A stretch of 64,000 nucleotides of DNA from Candidatus Falkowbacteria bacterium (GCA_012800315.1 JAAZJO010000001.1:773-64772), one strand, 5' to 3'. Shown: positions 8,166-17,627, counted from the first letter of the stretch. Numbers and translations are program-made. The notes: generated from the sequence alone by a model not told the origin.

Positions 8166-10217
8166 TTATTCATTAGCTAACCTAATTTCATCAACTGTTT
8201 CCGTATAACCAATCTCTGCATCACATTTCGGACAATATTTATGTTCACCCGAAAGATAGCCATGTTTCGGACAAATAGAGAAAGTCGGAGTAATGGTGAA
8301 GTATGGTAAGCGATAATTATTAACAATCTTCTTAACTAATTTCTTAGCGGCATCACCATTAGGCAAACGTTCTCCGATATAACCATGTAAAACAGTGCCA
8401 CCGGTATATTTAACTTGTAAATCATCCTGTAAATCAAGGGCGGTAAAAATATCATCTGTATAGCTAACATGAAGATGCGTAGAATTAGTATAATAAGGAT
8501 CGGCATTAAACTTTTTCACAGCCTCAGTGTTTGAACAAATAATTCCTGGATAAAGCTGCTGATCTTTTTTAGCAAAACGATAGGTGCAACCCTCCCCTGG
8601 GGTAGCTTCAAGATTATATAAATTATTAGTTTCGTTTTGATAATCCATTAATTTCTCTCTCATGAAATCTAAAATTTCAGCGGCAAAAGCAGCGCCCTCT
8701 GGAGTAGAAATATCTTTACCCATTAAATTTAAAAGTGCTTCATTCATGCCATTAATCCCAATCGTAGAAAAATGGTTTTTCCAATAAGAACCAAAACGTT
8801 CATAAATAGAACTTAAATAAAACATGGAGTATGGATACAATCTATCCTGAGTTAATTTCTCAACAATCTTACGCTTTATCTCTAAACTCTCTTTAGCTAA
8901 ATCCATTAAATTAAGCAATCTCTCTTTAAATTCTTCTTTGCTCTTAGATAAATAACCCAAACGAGCTAGATTAATTGTCACCACGCCAATGGAGCCAGTT
9001 AGTGGATTAGCGCCAAATAAACCGCCGCCCCGTTTTCTTAATTCACGATTATCCAATCTTAAACGACAACACATTGAGCGAGCATCATCACGATTCATAT
9101 CAGAATTAACAAAATTTGAAAAATAAGGAATACCATATTTAGCAGTCATCTCCCACATTGGATCTAAACATTTTCTATCCCAATCAAAATTTTTATCAAT
9201 TTGATAAGTCGGGATTGGAAAACCAAAAACACGTCCAGTTGAATCCCCTTCTAACATAATTTCAGCAAAAGCCTGATTAAACATATCCATTTCCTCTTGG
9301 AAGTCTTTATATTTTTCTGGCATCATCTTGCCGCCGATAATGACATTTTCTTCACCCACCTGTGCTGACGGGGTAACATCAAGCGTAACGTTAGTAAACG
9401 GCGTTTGAAAACCAACACGGGTTGGAACATTAATATTAAACATAAACTCCTGCAAAGCCTGTTTTACTTCTTTAAAAGTCAAACCATCATAGCGAATAAA
9501 CGGCGCTAAATAAGTATCAAAATTAGCAAATGCTTGCGCACCAGCCGCCTCTCCTTGCATCGTATAAAAGAAATTAATAATCTGGCCTAAGGCACTACGA
9601 AAATGCTTTGGTGGATTACTTTGCACCTTTTCGCTTACCCCGCGAAAACCGCGAATCAATAAATCTTTTAAGTCCCAGCCACAGCAATAAGGAGCCAATA
9701 AGCCTAAATCATGGAGATGTAAATCACCATTAACATGAGCAAAACGAATATTTTCTGGATACATCTTATTTAACCAGTAACGAGCCGAGATTGAAGAAGC
9801 AATATAATTATTCAAACCCTGAACAGAAAAGCTCATATTACTATTTTCTTTTAAGCGCCAATCAGCCCGACCCAAATAATCCTCCATTAATTTCTCATCC
9901 GAAACAACATTACTAATATCACGCATTTGGCGGTGCTGTTCACGATAAATAATATAAGCCTTAGCAATCTTAATTAATTTATTCTCAATTAAAACTTCCT
10001 CCACGATATCTTGAATTTCCTCAACAGCCGGAATACTGTTTTTATGGAACTTGGCATTAATTTTCATCACTACTTGATCGCCCATTTTCTTCGCCAAATG
10101 ACGATCATCTACGCCCACAGAGGCAGCCGCCTTATAAATAGCATTCACAATTTTGTCTTGATCAAAGTCGGCAATATCGCCAGATCTTTTGATTACTTTA
10201 CTAATGATTTCAGACAT
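8166..10217 (-). CDS. nrdD: Anaerobic ribonucleoside-triphosphate reductase (class III), large polypeptide that lacks the glycyl-radical loop
   Basis: N-terminal ATP-cone (VIKRSGDIADFDQDKIVNAIYKAA). Conserved NrdD core (..CCRLRLD.., ..GSIGVVTINL..). C-terminal Zn ribbon CPKHG...CPKCDAE. The ORF stops 15 aa after the Zn ribbon, before any RxxG(Y/W) motif. Confidence 0.9.
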   Translation of the reverse strand: MSEIISKVIKRSGDIADFDQDKIVNAIYKAAASVGVDDRHLAKKMGDQVVMKINAKFHKNSIPAVEEIQDIVEEVLIENKLIKIAKAYIIYREQHRQMRDISNVVSDEKLMEDYLGRADWRLKENSNMSFSVQGLNNYIASSISARYWLNKMYPENIRFAHVNGDLHLHDLGLLAPYCCGWDLKDLLIRGFRGVSEKVQSNPPKHFRSALGQIINFFYTMQGEAAGAQAFANFDTYLAPFIRYDGLTFKEVKQALQEFMFNINVPTRVGFQTPFTNVTLDVTPSAQVGEENVIIGGKMMPEKYKDFQEEMDMFNQAFAEIMLEGDSTGRVFGFPIPTYQIDKNFDWDRKCLDPMWEMTAKYGIPYFSNFVNSDMNRDDARSMCCRLRLDNRELRKRGGGLFGANPLTGSIGVVTINLARLGYLSKSKEEFKERLLNLMDLAKESLEIKRKIVEKLTQDRLYPYSMFYLSSIYERFGSYWKNHFSTIGINGMNEALLNLMGKDISTPEGAAFAAEILDFMREKLMDYQNETNNLYNLEATPGEGCTYRFAKKDQQLYPGIICSNTEAVKKFNADPYYTNSTHLHVSYTDDIFTALDLQDDLQVKYTGGTVLHGYIGERLPNGDAAKKLVKKIVNNYRLPYFTITPTFSICPKHGYLSGEHKYCPKCDAEIGYTETVDEIRLANE

Positions 10218-10253
10218 AGGATTAGAGGATTAACGGTCAGTAATATTTCTTTG

Positions 10254-10269
10254 CTCCGAAATATAGTGC
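10254..10269. promoter_or_regulatory. Possible degenerate NrdR box upstream of nrdD
   Basis: The minus strand reads GCACTATATTTCGGAG. The left half matches the NrdR-box consensus acaCwAtATaTwGtgt; the right half is poor (about 10/16). Confidence 0.25.
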
Positions 10270-10275
10270 TGCCCC

Positions 10276-10734
10276 TTATTTTCTCCCTTTAATTAATTTA
10301 TTTAATTCTTTTTGAAATTCACGTGCATCTTTAAATGATTCATAAACCGAGGCATAACGAATATAAGCAACCTGATCAACTTTTTTTAGATTTTTCATTA
10401 CTACCTGGCCAATTTGGCGAGAAGTAATTTCATTATCTTTCAAACGTTGTAAATCACGTTCAATAGAATGAATCAATTTTTTAAAACGATCTTCAGTAAT
10501 CGGGCGTTTCTCACATGATTTTTTTAAACCATTAACCATTTTCTCCCGATTATAAGCCTCTCGTCGTCCATCTCGCTTCACAATCACTAAATCAAGCAAT
10601 TCTATTTCCTCATAAGTTGAAAAACGAAAACAACATTTTAAACATTCACGACGGCGACGAATAGATAAACCATCGGGAGCCACCCGAGAATCAACTACTT
10701 TTGTATCAGGATAATAGCAAATTGGACATTTCAT
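10276..10734 (-). CDS. nrdR: Transcriptional repressor NrdR (Zn ribbon + ATP-cone)
   Basis: MKCPICYYPDTKVVDSR....CLKCCFRFSTYE Zn ribbon followed by an ATP-cone. I prefer the ATG at 10734 (MKCP..) over the track start at 10758, because NrdR proteins start at the Zn ribbon. Confidence 0.9.
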   Translation of the reverse strand: MKCPICYYPDTKVVDSRVAPDGLSIRRRRECLKCCFRFSTYEEIELLDLVIVKRDGRREAYNREKMVNGLKKSCEKRPITEDRFKKLIHSIERDLQRLKDNEITSRQIGQVVMKNLKKVDQVAYIRYASVYESFKDAREFQKELNKLIKGRK

Positions 10735-10781
10735 AGGTTTTATAGTGAAATACCACATTTTGTGGCTATTTTAAGTATTGA

Positions 10782-10797
10782 CCACTAAATATTGTAT
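10782..10797. promoter_or_regulatory. Candidate NrdR box upstream of nrdR
   Basis: CCACTAAATATTGTAT versus consensus acaCwAtATaTwGtgt, 13/16 by my alignment. It lies 48 nt upstream of the nrdR start. Confidence 0.4.
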
Positions 10798-10913
10798 TCA
10801 ATATCAATTTTAGCAAAATTTATAATATGGGTCAATTAAGCTAAAATTAATAAAAAAATAACTAATTTATAAAGTTATCCACAGAGAAATATAAAATTTA
10901 TTTTAAAAAAAAT

Positions 10914-10946
10914 AAAAATCCGACTAAATAATAATCGGATTTTTTA
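10914..10946. terminator. Rho-independent terminator downstream of ftsZ (bidirectional shape)
   Basis: AAAAATCCGA-ctaaataataa-TCGGATTTTTT: a 7-bp stem flanked by an A-run and a T-run. Confidence 0.65.
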
Positions 10947-10978
10947 TAATTAATATTTTTATATTTTTTCTTAGCAAT

Positions 10979-12172
10979 CTATCCCATTTTCTTCCGAATA
11001 AAGGCCGGCACACTTAAATCATCGTCATCATTCGTTGGTTTTTCTGCCTTTTTCTCTAAAGCCGGTTTGATTGGAATGTTTTTAAATACATTAAATTTAC
11101 TTTTATCCTTATTTACTGAAGTCAATGGAGAAGTTGGGACTTCCTTCTCTCCTTCTTTTTCAACAATAAAGCTATTAGGAGTATATGATTTAGTAGTTTC
11201 GCTCTTTTGATTCTTGCCTCGCCCATCAAAACCAGTAGCCACAACCGTAACTTTAATTTGATCCTTCATTTTTTCATCAATAACTGCGCCAAAAATTATC
11301 TTGGCATCCTCATCAGCTGCTGAAGTGATGACTTTGGCTGCCTCTGAAACTTCCGTCATACTCATATCAGGGCCACCAGTAATAGTAAAAACAATACCAC
11401 GCGCTCCATCAATAGACATGTCTAATAAATTAGAATTAATTGCGTCCTTAGCCGCTTCAATCGCTTTATTTTCACCACTAGCTGTGCCAATACCCATTAA
11501 AGCTGAGCCGGCATTAGACATCACTGCCTTAACATCAGCAAAATCAGCATTAATAATTCCGGGAACGGTAATAATTTCAGCAATTCCTTGAACGCCTTGA
11601 CGTAAAACATCATCAGCAATTTTAAAAGCCTCTAGAAGTGGTGTTTTTTTATCAATCACCTGTAATAATTTATCATTAGAAATAGTAATAATAGTATCAA
11701 CTTTATCAGCTAGTTCAGTATAGGCTCTATCGGCAATATTTTTACGCTGGCCACCTTCAAAGACAAAAGGTTTAGTTACTACTGCTACTGTTAAAGCGCC
11801 CATTTCTTTAGCGATAGAAGCAACAATAGGCGAAGCACCAGACCCAGTTCCGCCCCCTAAACCACAAGTCACAAAAACCATATCGCAATCCTTAAGCGCT
11901 TCTTTTATTTCGTTTTGAGACTCCTCAGCCGCGCTCTTACCCAAATCTGGGTTCATGCCAGCTCCTAAGCCCTTAGTAACTGTTTTACCAATGTTTATTT
12001 TTTCATTTGCTTTATTATAATGCAAAGCTTGAATATCAGTATTAATCGCCACAAAACCAACGCCACGAATACCGCTATCAACCATACGATTAATCGCGCT
12101 ACCACCGCCACCGCCGACACCAACTACTTTTATTTTTGCAAATGTTTCAATTTCTGGTTTTATTTCAGCCAT
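10979..12172 (-). CDS. ftsZ: Cell division GTPase FtsZ
   Basis: Tubulin signature [14 protein letters not shown] motif, C-terminal FtsA-binding peptide [12 protein letters not shown]. Confidence 0.97.
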   Translation of the reverse strand: MAEIKPEIETFAKIKVVGVGGGGGSAINRMVDSGIRGVGFVAINTDIQALHYNKANEKINIGKTVTKGLGAGMNPDLGKSAAEESQNEIKEALKDCDMVFVTCGLGGGTGSGASPIVASIAKEMGALTVAVVTKPFVFEGGQRKNIADRAYTELADKVDTIITISNDKLLQVIDKKTPLLEAFKIADDVLRQGVQGIAEIITVPGIINADFADVKAVMSNAGSALMGIGTASGENKAIEAAKDAINSNLLDMSIDGARGIVFTITGGPDMSMTEVSEAAKVITSAADEDAKIIFGAVIDEKMKDQIKVTVVATGFDGRGKNQKSETTKSYTPNSFIVEKEGEKEVPTSPLTSVNKDKSKFNVFKNIPIKPALEKKAEKPTNDDDDLSVPAFIRKKMG

Positions 12173-12208
12173 AGAATTATATAGAATTATCTTAAATAAA
12201 TTAATTTA

Positions 12209-13468
12209 TTATTTAGGCATTATTTTACTAAAAAAGCCCTTAGTTTTTTCAATAATCCCTCCCAAGCCCTTAGATAATTTTCCACCCTCCATTTCGCCAT
12301 CAGCATGACTACCATAAACAACTAAGCCAAGGGCGGTTAAAAATTCTGGACTTTTAACTTTATCAATAACTACATTAATATTTTTAGCCTGACCAATCGC
12401 GGCTGGCAAACGTAATTTCTTTTTAGCTGATTCAACCAATCCTTCCAAACTAGCGCCACCACCGACAAAAATAACTCCCGCTGGCAACATCCCTGAGCGA
12501 TCTATTTTAATAAATTCACTATCAACCTTATCAAATATTTCTTCCACTCGCGCATTAATTATTTCAGAAACATATTTACGCGAAATTATACTAATATCAT
12601 CATTAACTTCTTCTTCCTTAACTAATTCACTCACATCAATCTCATCATTGTGCTTATCCATGTTTTCTGGTAAAGCATGACCATATTCTTTCTTAATTCT
12701 TTCTGCTAAATTAATCGGGCAACGCAAACCAATAGCAATGTCAGCCGTAATGTGCTCTGCTCCAATCGGCAAAATAGCTGTATGAATCAAATTCCTTTCC
12801 TCATAAACAGCTAATGAAGTTGTTGATGAGCCCAAGTTTACCAAAGCCACACCTAATTCTTTTTGCTTGCTGCTTAAAACCGCTTCAGCGGCTGCTAAAG
12901 GACTAAGAACTAAATCTTCTATTTCTAAACCAGTCCGATAAATAGCTCTTGTTAAATTTTTTATTTGTGTGCTTAAACCCTGAACAATTAAAGTTTCCAC
13001 TTCTAAGCGAATGCCGTTCATGCCAATCGGATCTTTAATATCCCCCTGATTATCAACGCTAAATTTAATCGGGATAACATGTAAAATTTCATAATTAACT
13101 GGCACCGCTAAAGCACGCGCTGCTTCAATCGCCCGATTAACATCATTATCAGTTATTTCGCCATCACTACGCCCAACCGCCACCACTCCTTTTGAACGTT
13201 CACATTTTATATGAGGATCATTAATAGCAACCCAAACACGAGTAATCGGCACACCAACCAAACGCTCCGCTTTTTCTAAGCAAGCTGAAATAGAAGAAGT
13301 TGTTTCTTCAATACTATTAACTATACCGCGACTAACACCGGCTGTCGGCACAGAAACAGCCCCAACAATCTGGAGCTCTTCACCGTCAATATTTGATACT
13401 CTTTGACCAACGACTAATCTAATTGAAGTTGACCCGATATCTAGTCCGGCAATAATATTATCTTTCAT
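12209..13468 (-). CDS. ftsA: Cell division protein FtsA (actin-like ATPase)
   Basis: N-terminal GLDIGSTSIR phosphate-1 motif, later VNLGSSTTSLAV and VGGGASL. Located immediately upstream of ftsZ. Confidence 0.93.
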   Translation of the reverse strand: MKDNIIAGLDIGSTSIRLVVGQRVSNIDGEELQIVGAVSVPTAGVSRGIVNSIEETTSSISACLEKAERLVGVPITRVWVAINDPHIKCERSKGVVAVGRSDGEITDNDVNRAIEAARALAVPVNYEILHVIPIKFSVDNQGDIKDPIGMNGIRLEVETLIVQGLSTQIKNLTRAIYRTGLEIEDLVLSPLAAAEAVLSSKQKELGVALVNLGSSTTSLAVYEERNLIHTAILPIGAEHITADIAIGLRCPINLAERIKKEYGHALPENMDKHNDEIDVSELVKEEEVNDDISIISRKYVSEIINARVEEIFDKVDSEFIKIDRSGMLPAGVIFVGGGASLEGLVESAKKKLRLPAAIGQAKNINVVIDKVKSPEFLTALGLVVYGSHADGEMEGGKLSKGLGGIIEKTKGFFSKIMPK

Positions 13469-13564
13469 AGAAACAAATAAATTATATAAAAACGAAGTAA
13501 TTTATCGTTTAGTAAATGCTGTTAATATTATACAAAATTTCTGAAAATTAAACAATTATTTTTA

Positions 13565-14335
13565 TTAGGAGAATAAACCTAAATACCAATTAATCAGCTG
13601 ATCGCCCCAAATTAAGGTAATAATAGCCCCGAAAGCTAAAAATGGACCAAGAGCAATGCGAGATTTTCTGTGCTTCTTCTTAACTAATAATAAAATAAGA
13701 CTAACTAAAGAGCCAGCACCATAAGAAATAATTAAAATTGCCAATAGATGGCTAAAATTAGGAAAAGACAAACCTAGCAAAAGACCAAGCCAAATATCCC
13801 CCTCCCCTAAACCTTTTTTCTTAGTCAAAATATATTGAATCCAGAAAAAAGCAGTGGCTACTAAAGCAGAAATAATAATCAGAACCCAGGAATAACCTAG
13901 AAGAATATTAAAGACAAGCATTAGAACACACATTGACCAAACAACACCCATCGGCACAAGCTGCCAACGTAAATCATAGACAAAAATAACTATCAAGGCA
14001 CTCACTAAAAGCCAGTCTCGCATCATTAAAAGAGCAAAAGAAGCTGAAGAAATATTTTTGAAAAAAAGCAAAACAAATAAAATGGCTGTGGCAATTTCCA
14101 CTAACGGATACTGCCAAGAGATTGGTTGGTGACAGTGACGACATTTTGCTTTTAAAAAAATAAAACTCAAAACTGGAATATTATCATACCAAGCAATTTG
14201 GTGACGACATTTAGGGCAATAAGAACGCCCGCCAACACTCTCATCTTCGTGTAAACGCCAGATAAAGCAATTTAAAAAGCTACCAATTACTAGACCAATG
14301 AGAATAACTAAAATTAAATAAAAAAGATTGATCAT
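13565..14335 (-). CDS. pilD: Prepilin peptidase (A24 family, PilD-like)
   Basis: N-terminal Cys pairs CPKCRHQIAWYDNIPVLSFIFLKAKCRHCHQPISWQYPLVE (DiS-P-DiS domain). Polytopic membrane body with GEGDIWL aspartate motif. Confidence 0.88.
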   Translation of the reverse strand: MINLFYLILVILIGLVIGSFLNCFIWRLHEDESVGGRSYCPKCRHQIAWYDNIPVLSFIFLKAKCRHCHQPISWQYPLVEIATAILFVLLFFKNISSASFALLMMRDWLLVSALIVIFVYDLRWQLVPMGVVWSMCVLMLVFNILLGYSWVLIIISALVATAFFWIQYILTKKKGLGEGDIWLGLLLGLSFPNFSHLLAILIISYGAGSLVSLILLLVKKKHRKSRIALGPFLAFGAIITLIWGDQLINWYLGLFS

Positions 14336-14351
14336 AGTTATTTAAAAATAA

Positions 14352-16631
14352 TTAAAAATTAAAAAAATTATTTAAGTTTTCATCATTCGGCGCTAATTCC
14401 AGAGCAGAATTAAAATATTTTTTCGCCTCAGTAAAGCTGCCCATTTCCTGATATATTAAAGCGACTGATAAAAACCAATTATAATCATTAGGGTTTCTTG
14501 TTAGTCCATGTAAATTATACTCCAAAGCCTTGTTTAAATCACCTCGCAAATAATAAGTATTGGCAATATCTTTCAATAAAGTAAAGTCATTAAGATCGTT
14601 AAGATAAGCTTCTTGATAATTTTTTTCTGCTTCCGAAAAATCTCCAGCCGCGAAATAAAGATCGCCTAATTTTTTAAAAATTATTTTCCGGTGCAATTTA
14701 ACAACTTCTCTATGCGCTTCATTTAAGCGACTATCACTAGTATCTGGTAAAATTTTATCAATCAGTTGATAGTTTATAATTGCCTCTGGTTTTCTTCCTT
14801 CTTTAAGCAATAAATTACCTAGCTCTAAATAAACTTTTGGCCAGTATGGAGTTTTAGCCGCAACAGCTAAAAAATATTTTTCCGCTAAAGGATAATTTTC
14901 TAACACTGTATTAATTTTGCCTTTAATTAAAAGGCTTTCATATCCCTGAGCATTAATTTTCTGATTAAGTTTAATTAATTTTTCGCGCGCAACTTTTCTG
15001 GAAAAAGGATCTTTAATTTGCGGATAAAAATCACTTAGTTTATCAGCTAAAAAAAGATAATATTTTTCTTGGTTAACCGGATTAACTACAACCTCCTGAA
15101 GACAATTATCTAAAAGAAAGGCGTTAAAATATTGTTCTGTCGCTAAAACATAAAAAAGCTTATTAAAATAGTAGTCGGCAGATAAAGTTTTAAATTCATA
15201 AACAATCCCCTTACCAGTAAATAAAAAAATAATTACAACCAAAATAATTTTCACCGGCCAAAAAGATTTTTTAAAACTACGTGGCTCTATTTTTATTAAA
15301 TCGCTTTGCCCAATATTAATGGCCGCCAAAACAGCTAAATAAAACCAAAAATAAACCTCGCCAGCGACAATTGTAAAACTAAACATTAATGATATGAGAT
15401 AAGCAAATACTCCCAAAAACAAGGCGAGAGATAGTCCTTTCATTTTTTCCTGTCTAATATTATCTACAGCCAAACGAAAAAAATAATAATATAAAATAAC
15501 AAAGAATATTAAGCCAAAAAATCCAGCAGAAAGCAGAATGTCTAAAATTAAATTATGCGCCCGATCAGTGGTAGCGTTAACATTGCCATGGATACCCCAA
15601 TCAGGTTGATAATAATCAATAAAAATCTCTCCACTATTTTCTAGACCATAACCAAAAATCGGTTTTTTCATAATCATCTCAGCCGCCGCTGAATAAAAAT
15701 TTACCCGAGCAGCCGAACTACCAGACTGAAAATCAAACAAACTAAGCAGACGTCCCTGTGAAAAAAAATTAAAACCAAGAAAAAGAGCAACTGACGTTAA
15801 AAAGACGCCTAAAATAATTAATATTTTTTGCGTTTTTTTTAATTTCAAAACTGAAAGTAAATAAAAAGCAAATAAGATAATGGTCAACACTAAAGCAATT
15901 ATTCCTCCTCTGCTAGAAGTGCAAAACAAACAAATTAATTCAGTAATTAAAACTAAAAAATAGAAAAATTTTAATAAAAACTTTTTATGCTGATAAAATA
16001 AATAAGCGCTTACAGGAATAACTAATAATAACCAAGAAGCTAAAAAATTAGGCTGACCGAAGGTGGAAATTGTCCGTTTAGTTAAAAACGGATCCTCCGA
16101 CCAAAGTAAAAAATCTAAGTTTAATATTTGTAATATGCCATAAAGAGCAACAATAAAGCTGGCAAGAGAAATAGTAACAAAAATTCGCTTAATTCGTTTT
16201 TGCCAACCACCAGAGCCATCATTTTTACCATCACCAATCGTTAGTAAATTAAAGAAAACCAAAACAAAGAAAAGAAAATAAAAAAGATAAGTTAAATACC
16301 CCGCCTGCCAACTATAAGAACCAAAAAAAGATTGCTGTAAATTGGTAGAAAAAAATAAAGTTAGTCCTAAACCAATAATAAAAATGACTGGAAAAAGAAA
16401 ATATTTTTTAAAAGGAAGCTTAACCTTATAAAAAACCAACTTGACTGCTGTTAAAAAAAATAATAACCAAGTTAAAACTTTAAAGAGAACTAATTTATTT
16501 AATTCAAAAATATTATATGTCGGAAAAGTAAGCGCAAAATAAATCGGCACAGCAAAAATAACTGCTAAATAAAAAAACTCTATCAATAAATCAATAATTT
16601 CTCTAAAATTTATTTTTATCCTTTGTTTCAT
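14352..16631 (-). CDS. O-antigen ligase-like (Wzy_C) polytopic membrane protein with C-terminal TPR repeats
   Basis: More than 10 predicted TM helices with a Wzy_C-like loop (CTSSRGGIIALVLTIILFA ... DRAHNLILDILLSAGFFG). The C-terminal ~270 aa has TPR-like repeats (..AEKYFLAVAAKTPYWPKVYLELGNLLLKEGRKPEAI.. ..AEKNYQEAYLNDLNDF.. ..ALEYNLHGLTRNPNDY..AKKYFNSALELAPND). Confidence 0.7.
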   Translation of the reverse strand: MKQRIKINFREIIDLLIEFFYLAVIFAVPIYFALTFPTYNIFELNKLVLFKVLTWLLFFLTAVKLVFYKVKLPFKKYFLFPVIFIIGLGLTLFFSTNLQQSFFGSYSWQAGYLTYLFYFLFFVLVFFNLLTIGDGKNDGSGGWQKRIKRIFVTISLASFIVALYGILQILNLDFLLWSEDPFLTKRTISTFGQPNFLASWLLLVIPVSAYLFYQHKKFLLKFFYFLVLITELICLFCTSSRGGIIALVLTIILFAFYLLSVLKLKKTQKILIILGVFLTSVALFLGFNFFSQGRLLSLFDFQSGSSAARVNFYSAAAEMIMKKPIFGYGLENSGEIFIDYYQPDWGIHGNVNATTDRAHNLILDILLSAGFFGLIFFVILYYYFFRLAVDNIRQEKMKGLSLALFLGVFAYLISLMFSFTIVAGEVYFWFYLAVLAAINIGQSDLIKIEPRSFKKSFWPVKIILVVIIFLFTGKGIVYEFKTLSADYYFNKLFYVLATEQYFNAFLLDNCLQEVVVNPVNQEKYYLFLADKLSDFYPQIKDPFSRKVAREKLIKLNQKINAQGYESLLIKGKINTVLENYPLAEKYFLAVAAKTPYWPKVYLELGNLLLKEGRKPEAIINYQLIDKILPDTSDSRLNEAHREVVKLHRKIIFKKLGDLYFAAGDFSEAEKNYQEAYLNDLNDFTLLKDIANTYYLRGDLNKALEYNLHGLTRNPNDYNWFLSVALIYQEMGSFTEAKKYFNSALELAPNDENLNNFFNF

Positions 16632-16649
16632 TCTATTATTATATCAAAT

Positions 16650-16676
16650 AAAAAAAGAGACTGAAAATACAGCCTC
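16650..16676 (-). terminator. Rho-independent terminator after secF
   Basis: The minus strand reads GAGGCTG-tatttt-CAGTCTC followed by TTTTTTT (7-bp stem with one G-U pair). Confidence 0.55.
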
Positions 16677-16700
16677 CTTTTTATATTTTTTATTCAAAAT

Positions 16701-17609
16701 TTAACTATTTTTACGATGCATCGCCTTCTCCCAAAGAACCAAGACTGGACTGGCGATAAAAATTGAACTATATGTACCAACAAAAATACCCACCACTAAA
16801 GCCATGGCAAAATCTCTAATTGTACTACCTCCAAAAAATAAAATAGCCACCAAAGCTAAAATTGAAGAAAATGAGGTGTTAATAGAGCGAACCATGGTTT
16901 GATTAATACTGCGATTAACCGTATCTTCAAAATTATCTTGGCTCTTAGGTAAATTTTCACGAATACGATCAAAAACAACAATCGTATCACTCACACTATA
17001 ACCCAAAACGGTTAAAATAGCAGCGATAAAAGGAGTATTTACTTCAATGCCATAAAAATGTCCTAAAAAGGAAAAGACGCCTAAGGTAATTATTATATCA
17101 TGAGCTAAAGCAATAATGGCAGTTACGCCATACTTCCAAGAAGCAACCGGGCGAGAAACCTTGCAAAAAGCCATAGAAATATAAAAAACAATTGCCAAGA
17201 GAACAACAACAGCTGTGTTAAAAGACTTGCTCTTTAATTCCTGTCCCACAGTTGGACCAACAGAATCAAATTGCAACTCTGTCATAGTTGTTTCTTTTTC
17301 TGCGGCTAACTTCTGTAAACCACTTAAAACAGCTTGATGGGCCTCTTCCGAATCCTCTTTAAAACGCAAAATAACAGAATCTTGAGTCGGCTGAATAGTT
17401 AAACTCTGAAGGTTAACCTCTTTTAAACTGTCTTGAACCTCAGTGACAGTTGCTTGATAATTATCAAACTTAACCTCCATTAAACTACCACCGGCAAAAT
17501 CAACTCCAAAATTTAAACCCCAAAAAATAAGCGCTAAAATTGAGCCAGTAATCGCTAAGGCTGAGATTGATAAAAAAATTTTTCTATTTTTAATTATCTG
17601 AAGATTCAT
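16701..17609 (-). CDS. secF: Protein translocase subunit SecF
   Basis: 302 aa with six TM helices, a conserved GLNFGVDFAGGS start and the YSVSDTIVVFDRIREN motif. Located downstream of secD. Confidence 0.92.
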   Translation of the reverse strand: MNLQIIKNRKIFLSISALAITGSILALIFWGLNFGVDFAGGSLMEVKFDNYQATVTEVQDSLKEVNLQSLTIQPTQDSVILRFKEDSEEAHQAVLSGLQKLAAEKETTMTELQFDSVGPTVGQELKSKSFNTAVVVLLAIVFYISMAFCKVSRPVASWKYGVTAIIALAHDIIITLGVFSFLGHFYGIEVNTPFIAAILTVLGYSVSDTIVVFDRIRENLPKSQDNFEDTVNRSINQTMVRSINTSFSSILALVAILFFGGSTIRDFAMALVVGIFVGTYSSIFIASPVLVLWEKAMHRKNS

Positions 17610-17627
17610 ATATTTAATAATTATTAT

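Noticed and set aside
10753-10765. Perfect palindrome CCACATTTTGTGG just upstream of the nrdR start, considered as an NrdR box.
   Set aside because: The CAC and GTG arms are separated by 5 nt, not the 8 nt of the NrdR-box consensus. It also overlaps the alternative upstream ATG. It may bind something, but I cannot support the NrdR assignment.
10875-10883. Perfect DnaA box TTATCCACA in the nrdR-ftsZ intergenic region, considered as part of oriC.
   Set aside because: Only one box is present, with no cluster, no adjacent dnaA/dnaN and no obvious DUE beyond the generally AT-rich background. One 9-mer in 64 kb is compatible with chance or a minor regulatory site.
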